From Eledone cirrhosa (taxonomy: Eukaryota): a stretch of 64,000 nt of DNA. Numbering within the stretch: position 1 is the first letter of the stretch; the number at the start of each line of letters is the position of its first letter. Made by a program: the position numbers and the translations under genes. Below are positions 55,501 through 64,000 of this stretch, piece after piece. The stretch lies in contig OZ024744.1 in NCBI GenBank assembly GCA_964016885.1, positions 136,152,001 through 136,216,000 of the forward strand, read 5' to 3'. The notes under the pieces are model-generated. The model searched no databases, was not told where the DNA came from, and worked only from the letters and a program-made list of their open reading frames with translations.

Positions 55501-55560
55501 CAAAAATACCCAGTACACACTGTAAAGTGGTTATGTAGGTGTCATAACAAAAAGTACCCT
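49576..55560 (+). repeat. 48-bp satellite A (~125 copies)
   Basis: Unit cacaacaaaaagtacccagtacacactgtaaagtggtcatgtaggtgt, with frequent 1-4 bp indels. Internal periods of 239 bp and 868 bp are visible. Confidence 0.98.
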
Positions 55561-55800
55561 CATGACCACTTTATAGTGTGTACTGGGTACTTTTTGTTGA
55601 CACCTACATGACCACTTTACAGTGTGTACTGGGTACTTTTTGTTGTGACACCTACATGACCTCTTTACAGTGTGTACTGGGTCCTTTTTGTTGTGACACC
55701 TACTAGATCACTTTACAGTGTACTGGGTACTTTTTGTTGTGACACCTACCAGACCACTTTACAGTTTACTGGGTACTTTTTGTTGTGACACCTACACGAC
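55561..55800 (-). repeat. About 5 copies of satellite A in inverted orientation
   Basis: catgaccactttacagtgtgtactgggtactttttgttgtgacaccta is the reverse complement of the unit. The switch is abrupt, at aagtaccct|catgaccac. Confidence 0.97.
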
Positions 55801-56279
55801 TTATATTTAAGTAACAGCCGTACTAAGAGTGCGAAATGAAATTTCATTCTTTCCATTTATCCTTTTCGGTACGCCCAGCCGACTAACTCACTCGATATGC
55901 AAATTAGGCTGCTCAGCCGTTAATATGCATAAGGAAATTATATACTTTCAAACGTTCATTCGACTGACAGGAAAGTATATAGTGCTGATGACAGCTAATA
56001 AGCTAGAAATTAGTTCATCGTTCCTTTGTCAGTGTTGAACAAAATGGCAACGATGGTTGCCGAACACTGTACGGCTTAATTTGGGCTGTTTGTTTACAAA
56101 CAAACCGAACATTATAATAAATGTTCGGTAAACCCATATGTACATATATATATGTGTGCATGTATATATATACATACTACTGTACGTCTGTATACATATA
56201 CATATGTACGTATACATACTTATATTTAAGTATCAGCCGTACTAAGAGTGAGAAATGAAATTTCATTTTTTCCATTTAT
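55799..56279. repeat. 62-bp direct repeat pair, 419 bp apart
   Basis: 55799-55860 and 56218-56279 differ at 3 positions. Both contain the palindrome aatgaaatttcatt. Confidence 0.9.
55976..56022 (+). ncRNA. Degenerate type I hammerhead-ribozyme-like motif (candidate)
   Basis: CTGATGA (55985-55991), then c-agct-aata-agct-a, then GAAA (56006-56009), then ttagttc. Stems I and III are imperfect. Confidence 0.3.
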
Positions 56280-56286
56280 ATATATA

Positions 56287-56931
56287 TCATCATCAACGTT
56301 TAACGTCCCTGTTCCATGCTTGCATGGGTTTGGACGGGGGTTTTCCCACTTGAGGCAAGAGTGATTGTCTTGCTCGCATAGGACTGTCTGGCAGGTTTTC
56401 TACAGTTGGATGCCCTTCCTAACACCAACCACATTTACAGTGTGGGGCTGGGAGGTTTTTACCGTGTTGCCTACACGGCCACATTACGGCGTGCACTGTG
56501 TGTTTTTTTGTCGTGACACCTACACGATCTCATTTGTTTCGGCCTGGATGGTGTGGCACCAACATAACTTTACATAGAAGGGGGCGGTGTGGATGGGGTG
56601 GAGGTGGTGAGACGGGGGTGTATTTTGTTAGGGATGCCTACTGACTGTAGTAGGTTTTACTATGTATTTAGGTAAGGCGGGTCTTCTCTATTACTGAGTA
56701 CCGCCAAAGGTCTCGGTCCAGTGACATTGTCTTGCAGAGGTGTAAGCGTGTGATGTCGGAGTTTATCAGCTCGTCCCAGGTTTTTCTAGGTCTGCCTATT
56801 CCGTGGTTACCGTCTATCTTTATTGCCCTGCACTTTGTTATACAGCTATCGACTTTCATGCGCATCACGTGTCCATACCAACGTAGCCTTCTCTCGAGTA
56901 AACAACATCTGATCCCTCTTATTTCTAATTT
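56287..56931 (-). mobile_element. RTE-clade LINE, 3' fragment (ORF C-terminus, 3' UTR and TGA-repeat tail)
   Basis: The minus strand translates KLEIRGIRCCLLERRLRWYGHVMRM...GRPRKTWDELINSD...DRDLWR...* (stop at 56668). The UTR ends ...ggacgttaaacgttgatgatga. Confidence 0.88.
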
Positions 56932-56937
56932 TTTTTT

Positions 56938-56942
<5 letters not shown>

Positions 56943-56977
<35 letters not shown>
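56943..56977. repeat. (TA)n microsatellite
   Basis: Perfect TA run between the LINE fragment and the SINE tail. Confidence 0.97.
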
Positions 56978-56978
<1 letters not shown>

Positions 56979-56980
<2 letters not shown>

Positions 56981-57161
56981 AATTGTTTCTATTTTAGGCA
57001 CAAGGCCAGCAAATACCCAGTGTATTACTGGTACTTTATTTTATCGACCCCGTAAGGATGAAAGGCAAAGTCAACCTCGGCGGGATTTGAACTCAGATCG
57101 TAAAGGGACGTAACTATGCTGGAAAGCATGGCGTCCGACCCTCTACCGATACTGCCAATCC
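56979..57161 (-). mobile_element. tRNA-derived SINE with a Nin/Deu-like central domain (octopus-type), probably internally shortened
   Basis: On the minus strand: A-box-like tggcagtatcggtag (57157-57143), B-box gagttcaaatccc (57094-57082) and core gcctttcatccttacggggtcgataaaataaagtaccag. Confidence 0.8.
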
Positions 57162-57259
57162 ATATTGAGTAATAGCAGGTGTAGTGTGCATATGGATATT
57201 ATATGCAAATATATACGCATACAGATATATGTAAATTGTAAAGTAAATTGACAATATCT

Positions 57260-57866
57260 TCTTCAGCCACTTATTTCTGAGATGGTCGTGGGGGCAGATT
57301 CCTCCTGAAACACTCCTTCCAGCGAGTCTGTCAGAAGCAAACATCTTCTAACTGATCCAGCTGGATCCCAAAGTGTGACCAGCCAAGCTCATGAATGTTA
57401 TCCAACTATCTTGCTTGGGCTGTTGGTTTTGCCTGTAAAATCTCTCCTGTGATTCTTTCCTGAGACATTCTAACCACATGTCCTCCATAGTATCGGAGCT
57501 GTGATTTCTCAATCCGGAAAAGTAGTGGCTCTACCTGGAGCAACTCTCTGACCTCCGAGCTATGCACTCTATTGACTAAAGTTATTCCAAAGACCCTTCA
57601 GAGGAACTTTATTTCGGTCGCTTGTATCTACAATTGTATTCTTTTGGTCATTATCCAAGATTCATGACCCTGGGTAAGAGTTGGCAGCAATACCAGAAAG
57701 ACAGCGAGTTTGGCTTTTACACCTACCTCCCTTCTTCTGATTACTGAATGCTGAGGCTGGGCCATTACTGCATCACCTTTTGCAATTCTTGCATTTAATT
57801 TGTCCTCCTACATTCCATCACTCATGAACACGGCCCCAAGATACTTGAACTTCTCTACCTGCTACA
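57260..57866 (-). mobile_element. Degenerate RTE-clade LINE 3' fragment (second family)
   Basis: Minus-strand remnants QVEKFKYLGAVF and ..GHVVRMSQ with stops and frameshifts. Homologous to 61555-62190. Confidence 0.8.
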
Positions 57867-58114
57867 GTAGAACTTCATTCACATGTATATAATTTTGAGG
57901 GACTTCTGTCCATCCGTCCGTCACAAAATGTGTATGTGTGTTCGTGTGAATATGTGTGTGTGTAAAAAGAAGGCAGGGGATACACACATATATATATGAC
58001 ACACACACACACATCTCTAATTTAAGAATGCCGACAAACTCACACGCGCGCACATACACACCCTGTTCTATTACCACTTAAGAGCTTTGACCTGGGCAAA
58101 CATTCCCTCAATTT

Positions 58115-59966
58115 TGCCTTATCTGGGAAGTCACAGTTAGTGACTCTTTTGCTTCTTCCCACATCCTGGATGCTGTGGTAAGGGCAAGAGCCACAGCATC
58201 CAAAAATGAATGGAACAAAATCTTAAAATACCGTGATCTATCGGCTAACTACATTTTCTAGGCTGTGGCATTCGAAACATTGGGGGGAGTCGGGCTACTG
58301 ACTGCAAGTTTCTTATCTTCACTGGCAGATAGCCTAACTGAAGTAACTGGTGATGCTCGTAAGGGTGCTTCGTTGTTCCAGCACTTCAGCCTCATCATCA
58401 ATCGAAGTAACACTGCTAGTGTGCTGGCTTGCCTCAAAAATTATTAGAGAGGTTTCCCAGTGCTCCCCACGATATTGTTTTCTTTTACTCTGGTAGTAAC
58501 TCGTTTCTCCATCCCTTTTGCCTGCCTGTGTGTTGTATGTGGTCCTAGATCTATGTATTACCTGCTTGTGTGTTGTATGTGGTCCTAGATGTATGTATTA
58601 CCTGTTTCTGTGTTGTATGTGGTCCTAGATGTATGTATTACCTGCTTGTGTGTTGTATGTGGTCCTAGATGTGTGTATTACCTGCTTGTGTGTTGTATGT
58701 GGTCCTAGATGTATGTATTACCTGTTTCTGTGTTGTATGTGGTCCTAGATGTATGTATTACCTGCTTGTGTGTTGTATGTGGTCCTAGATGTGTGTATTA
58801 CCTGCTTCTGTGTTGTATGTGGTCCTAGATGTATGTATTACCTGCTTGTGTGTTGTATGTGGTCCTAGATGTATGTATTACCTGCTTCTGTGTTGTATGT
58901 GGTCCTAGATGTATGTATTACCTGCTTCTGTGTTGTATGTGGTCCTAGATGTATGTATTACCTGTTTCTGTGTTGTATGTGGTCCTAGATGTGTGTATTA
59001 CCTGCTTGTGTGTTGTATGTGGTCCTAGATGTATGTATTACCTGTTTCTGTGTTGTATGTGGTCCTAGATGTATGTATTACCTGCTTGTGTGTTGTATGT
59101 GGTCCTAGATGTGTGTATTACCTGGTTGTGTGTTGTACGTGGTCCTAGATGTGTGTATTACCTGCTTGTGTGTTGTATGTGGTCCTAGATGTGTGTATTA
59201 CCTGGTTATGTGTTGTATGTGGTCCTAGATGTATGTATTACCTGCTTATGTGTTGTATGTGGTCCTAGATGTATGTATTACCTGTTTCTGTGTTGTATGT
59301 GGTCCTAGATGTGTGTATTACCTGTTTCTGTGTTGTATGTGGTCCTAGATGTATGTATTACCTGCTTATGTGTTGTATGTGGTCCTAGATGTATGTATTA
59401 CCTGCTTGTGTGTTGTATATGATCCTAGATGTATGTATTACCTGCCTGTGTGTTGTATGTGGTCCTAGATGTATGTATTACCTGCTTGTGTGTTGCATGT
59501 GGTCCTAGATGTATGTATTACCAGTTTCTGTGTTGTATGTGGTCCTAGATGTATGTATTACCTGCCTGTGTGTTGTATGTGGTCCTAGATGTGTTTATTA
59601 CCTGCTTGTGTGTTGTATGTGGTCCTAGATGTATGTATTACCTACTTGTGTGTTGTATGTGGTCCTAGATGTGTGTATTACCTGCTTGTGTTGTATGTGG
59701 TCCTAGATGTGTGTATTACCTGCTTGTGTTGTATGTGGTCCTAGATGTGTGTATCACCTGCTTGTTTGTTGTATGTGGCCCTAGATGTGTGTATTACCTG
59801 CTTGTGTGTTTTTTTCTCTTTCTTTTTTTACTTTCCCTTTTCTTTGTATATATTATATTTGTGTTTTCGCTCTGTAAGCATTATATTATTATATTTTTAT
59901 ACAACTGTAACAACAAATGACTTTTATAAAAAGAGTTAAACTGTGTTGTTAATAAATAAATAAAAA
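58115..59966 (+). mobile_element. 5'-truncated non-LTR retrotransposon with restriction-like endonuclease (CRE-like): ORF end, 3' UTR and polyA signal
   Basis: One frame over 58115-58447 reads CLIWEVTVSDSFASSH...E..K.LKYRDLSANYIF*AVAFETLGGVG...FL..L...TGDARK...LFQHFSLIINRSNTASVL. This matches the WDxTxxD...E..K..KY...AxETLG...QRxS..IQRGNA pattern. The element appears to end at aataataaataaaaa (~59951-59966); that right boundary is inferred. Confidence 0.78.
58521..59805. repeat. 40-bp minisatellite (~32 copies; the last few units are 38 bp)
   Basis: Unit cctgcttgtgtgttgtatgtggtcctagatgtatgtatta, in phase in the listing. Confidence 0.98.
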
Positions 59967-60020
59967 GTTATACTCTACTTTACCCTCCCATTTCCAAATT
60001 TATCCAACACTGCTATCATG

Positions 60021-60131
60021 CTGTGTGACTGTATGTATGTGTGTGTGTGTGTAAATTTGTATTTGTGTAAATGTATGTATTTGTGTGAATGTATGTCTGT
60101 GAGTGTGTATTTTTGTAAGTGTGTCTGTGTT
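60021..60131. repeat. Degenerate TG/TATG-rich low-complexity tract
   Basis: gtatgtatgtgtgtgtgtgtgt and related motifs. Confidence 0.8.
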
Positions 60132-60289
60132 TGCGAGATTATAGTTATATATTCAGATTTTATCCTTACCAGAGGACGAGATAGAGTGATGGTGGTAAAC
60201 ATGAAATCCTTCCCTGGTGAGGAATGCACCTCCTAACAAAACTTGATAGTTAGCGACTTCATTGTCAGAGTTAGATGAACCTGGAGACA

Positions 60290-60919
60290 GAAGGCAACCT
60301 GGAGAAGAAAGATCTGGAAGCTGAAAGAGCAACAGATTTATAGATATTTTGCTTGACGCTTATGACAGTAAAAAACAACAGATAGAGACATTCAATATAC
60401 AAGAGCACTGAGAGTTCTTAAAAGATAGTCTACTGAAGGCAACAGACGAGATCTGTGGTTGGAGCAAGACCACAGGGAGGAGGAGAGTGACTTGGTGGTG
60501 GAACAATAAGGTAGATGAGGCAGTTAAGGCATGGAAAGAATGGAAAAACGGGGGGAGCAGGGTACATTACATAGAGACCAAGAGGGAAGCTAGGCAACAA
60601 GTATACTTAGCTAGGAGGGAAGCAGAGGATAGAAAATTCAAACATGTTTTGCAACGTGAGGACCAGAAACAGGATGTGTTCAAGATTGCGAGGCAGTGTG
60701 TCAGAGAGAAGTGTATCCAGAATGATAAAGGTGAGCTTGCCCTCACAAGTGCTGAGATGAAAGATGCATGGAAGAGCCATTATGAAAGATTACTGAATGA
60801 GAAGAATGCATGGGAGAAAGAGACCCTACCCCAAGTAGACCCTATAGAGGGGCCAGCAGTACAAGTCAGCAGCAGTGTAGTAAGTAAGGCAATCAAAGAT
60901 ATGAAGAATGGGAAGGCAA
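60290..60919 (+). mobile_element. LINE (RTE-like) fragment from the region between the endonuclease and RT domains
   Basis: RRKIWKLKE..., LKDSLLKATDEICGWSK...TWWWNNKVDEAVK...AWKSHYERLLNE...VSKAIKDMKNGKA. It breaks off at the KA motif that normally precedes xGPD. Confidence 0.85.
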
Positions 60920-60920
60920 C

Positions 60921-61285
60921 CGTTATCCATCGATTCAACAGTTGGCTGTTCATCTGAAAAATGGCCAACATGACTATTTCACAGCTGCAATCATTGGTTT
61001 CCTAGAGAAACTACTCTAACAGCTTATTTCAACCTTTGCCATGATAATCCATTTGCAAGGACAATTTATTATTACCAGCTACCATCTTACTACACATGGG
61101 ATAATAAGCAATGGAAGAGGTGAAAAAGGGGTGCTCCTGTTGAAAATCATCCTGATATCAGATATGATAGTGCTCTTGGAAGAGTTTATACAGTAGACCC
61201 TAATCATCATGAATGTTTCTACTTAAGGATGCTGCTTCATACAGTCAAGGGTTCAACATCCTTTGAATCTCTAAGGACTGTTAAT
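60921..61285 (+). mobile_element. Helitron RepHel coding fragment (segment between Rep and helicase), pseudogenised
   Basis: Manual translation gives RYPSIQQLAVHLKNGQHDYF, a frameshift, then PRETTLTAYFNLCHDNPFARTIYYYQLPSYYTWDNKQWKR*...ALGRVYTVDPNHHECFYLRMLLHTVKGSTSFESLRTVN. These are hallmark Helitron motifs (LAVHLxNGQ, TTLTAxF, GRxYTV, ECFYLRxLL..VxGxTSFExLRTVN). Confidence 0.92.
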
Positions 61286-61429
61286 ACCTATTGTGAAGCC
61301 TGCCTTCAATGGGACAAGGTACTTTCTGAGGCTTCCCTATCACATATTGCAAGTAGCCTTCACTCCCTGTTTGCTATTATATAAAAAAAACTGTGAAATT
61401 GGTGATCTAAATGGCTTATGGGTAACCTC

Positions 61430-62190
61430 TGACTTGCACTTGATAGGTTTGTTGCTGAGTGCTGCATGGCTGGAATAGAAGTCAGTGCTGCGAAAACTGA
61501 GACACATGACTTCTCAGGGAAACCTGTGAAGTGCACTCTACATGCGAATGGAGCTCCACTGAAGCAGATGGAGATGTTCAAGTATCTCAGGGCCGTGTTC
61601 ACGAGATGGAAGGCAGGAGGTTGAATTAAGTGCAAGAATTGCAGAAGCTGGTGCATTAATGTGCCAGCTTCACCATTCAGTAATCAGAAGAAGGGGGGTA
61701 GGTATCAATCCAAACTCGCTATCTTCAATTCAGTATTCATGTCAACCCTTACCTAAGGTCATGAATTTTGGGCAATGACTGAAAGAATACGATCATGAAT
61801 ATAAGCGGCCGGAATGGGATTCCTCCGAAGGGTCTTTAGGGTAATGTTACTTGATAGAGTGTGTAGCTCGGAGATCATTAGACAATCACTCCAGGTAGAG
61901 CCACTACTTCTCCGAATTGAGAGATCATAGTTCTGATACTATGGACATGTGGTTAGAATGTCTCAGGAAATTATTGCTGGACAGATTATACAGGCAAAAC
62001 CAACCGGTAGGAGACCCAGGGGTAGACTCCAAGCAAGAGTGTTGGATAATATCCATGAGCTTGGCTAGTCACGCTTGGGGATCCAGCCAGATTAGTTGGA
62101 GACGGTTGCTTCTGACAGGACCTGCTGGAAGGAATGTTTGAGGACTCTGCTTCAACAACCTTCTTAGGAATAAGTCAGCGAAGCAGAAGA
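61430..62190 (+). mobile_element. Degenerate RTE-clade LINE 3' fragment, same family as 57260-57866 but opposite orientation
   Basis: KQMEMFKYL.., ..LT*GHEFWAMTERIR, YYGHVVRMSQE. It shares ggacatgtggttagaatgtctcaggaaa and gcttctgacag with the minus-strand copy. Confidence 0.8.
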
Positions 62191-63686
62191 TATCTTTAGA
62201 GCTTAGCCGTAGGATTCCAGAGAATGAAACAAAGCGATGTTGGTTTTTTGGGGTCAGTTCGGCCAAACACAGTATGTCTTGACATGGGAGGAAGAGATGC
62301 TGTGCAGCAAAGGACCCATCCAAGCCTGGAAAAGCTTACATAGAAACAATGATTATGCTTATGATGATGACGTCGCAGAATTTGTAATGCCAGGAATGTT
62401 AAAAGCACCAATCTAGTCTAGTATATATACACACGCGTAAATAAGACCACTATTGCTCCAATCAGTCTACTACCCATCAGTAATCACCCTAAACCGAATA
62501 CCAACTTGTACTATGACTCCTACCAAACCAAACTGTACTCACCCTTCAAATTCGTAAAATCAAACGAAGAGCACCTATCATTCCAAACTCAGCTTACGCA
62601 ACGAGCTGCAACAGCCACCTAATGGGGAAGACAGACGTTATCAAGCTACAGTTGTCATATTAAGTAGTTTGTATATAAAACAGCCAAAAGTATTATTATC
62701 TCTTTATATATATAAATATCAAAGGTAGAACTATACTAACAATTCTTAAAGTAGAGAATTAAAATGATAGTATGTAATTGCCAGTTTTAAGAAAAGGGAA
62801 TATCTCAATGTGTTTATATAATATATAAAGGTTTGGGAGAAGAAAAGATATTAGTTTGGAAGAGAGGTTATAGATATAAATGTAGGGCAAATATAGACAA
62901 AGGTATTAATGGAAAATTATTCTTCACTCATCAAAAAACCGTATTTATTCTCTTACAATTGTTTCAAATGAGATATGACCTCCAATTATTCGAAATGTTG
63001 GTAAAAATTCGTTTCATATAGTTAAGTCAATCTATAAATTTAGATATGTTTCTATAAGATCATAATTCATTCTCCTCTCCGAGAAAAACATAGTTTGTGA
63101 TGAATTTTTATCAGTGAAATATTTTGATTACCTTTAGCTTAGAATATGTATGTTAATTCTGCATCTTAAGTACGGAGTTTACTTCGACAGAATAAATTTT
63201 TGTTTTCGTCTTCCGTATTTCGCACGAATATCGTATGCTGACATTTTGATTTTAGGAGAAAAACGAGAAGTAATATAAGGGAGATAATTGATAGAAAATT
63301 AACCTTAGAAATTAGTACCTGGGATTAAATAAACTAGTTTTGACTAAGTTCATATTCCACTCATCAAATAACATTTAAGTAAAGGAGATACTATAGGATA
63401 CATCCAGAAATGGACATATTCATGTGTGTATATTATTATCCCCCGCTAAATTAATTCACATTTTTATTCACACACTCATATACGCATAATATGTGGAAAA
63501 ATACATGCTGACATATAAACACGAGTGTTCCTAAACTTACAATCCATAACACGTCCATTTACCCATGTCTAAAGATACAAGTATACATCTCAGGTTAAAA
63601 TCCTAAAAATTATTATTTCTAAGTATGCATATCTGTTTAATTAACTCTATATGTAAGGTATACAGTCAATGCGAAGAAAAGAAAAT

Positions 63687-64000
63687 GAGTGCACTGGGTG
63701 TATTTTATCATGACACCAACACTACCACATTACAGAGTGTACTGGGTGTATTTTATCATGACACCAACACTACCACATTACAGAGTGTACTGGGTGTATT
63801 TTATCATGGCACCAACACTGTCACATTACAGAGTGTACTGGGTGTATTTTATCATGACACCAACACTACCACATTACAGAGTGTACTGGGTGTATTTTAT
63901 CATGACACCAATACTACCACTTTAAAGAGTGTACTGGGTGTATTATATCATGACACCAACACTACAACTTTACAGAGTGTACTGGGTGTATTATATCATG
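63687..64000 (-). repeat. 48-bp satellite B (at least 6.5 copies, runs off the right edge), sister of satellite A
   Basis: Unit gagtgtactgggtgtattttatcatgacaccaacactaccacattaca aligns ungapped to the reverse complement of satellite A with 37/48 identities. Confidence 0.95.

Noticed and set aside
1-55800. CRISPR array
   Set aside because: Units are head-to-tail repeats with no unique spacers, there are no cas genes, and the context is eukaryotic.
49555-55830. Terminal inverted repeats of a foldback or DNA transposon around satellite A
   Set aside because: Apart from the satellite units themselves, I could not find matching inverted termini or a target-site duplication.
57082-57157. tRNA gene
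   Set aside because: A and B boxes are present but no cloverleaf is evident, and it continues into a SINE core, so it is a SINE head.
59669-60236. Short hydrophobic or Cys-rich ORFs
   Set aside because: They are translations of minisatellite and TG-rich low-complexity DNA.
62270-62370. Possible additional RTE 3' tail (acccatccaagcctggaaaag...tgatgatga)
   Set aside because: It resembles the tail at 56287-56335 but is too short and degenerate to call.
62400-63686. AT-rich unique stretch including ORF 62833-63021
   Set aside because: No recognisable protein motif, repeat structure or element termini were found.

Overview
This is repeat-saturated eukaryotic (animal) DNA with no recognisable host gene. 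A tRNA-derived SINE with a Nin/Deu-type core and several RTE LINE relics resemble octopus/cephalopod repeats (inference). Positions 1-49188 are a single ~730-copy 66/69-bp tandem array with nested higher-order duplications of 18,178, 5,042, 2,333 and 2,301 bp. Its + strand reads as 22/23-aa STPR-like repeats (MNPEEREVYLQNRRSGDHDRRNN). The key observation is the ~370 bp just after the array: it holds the C-terminus typical of a Helitron RepHel helicase (TRNIVYREVL*), an AT-rich UTR, and a subterminal hairpin followed by CTAG. The giant satellite therefore appears to be the amplified N-terminal repeat-coding region of an internally deleted Helitron. Downstream are a 6-kb 48-bp satellite with an orientation switch and a sister 48-bp satellite, both homologous to a motif in a neighbouring RTE LINE 3' UTR. 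Also present are a 40-bp minisatellite inside the 3' UTR of a CRE-like retroelement, a second Helitron coding fragment, LINE/SINE relics and a degenerate hammerhead-like motif. All family assignments come from motif recognition by eye; no searches were run.
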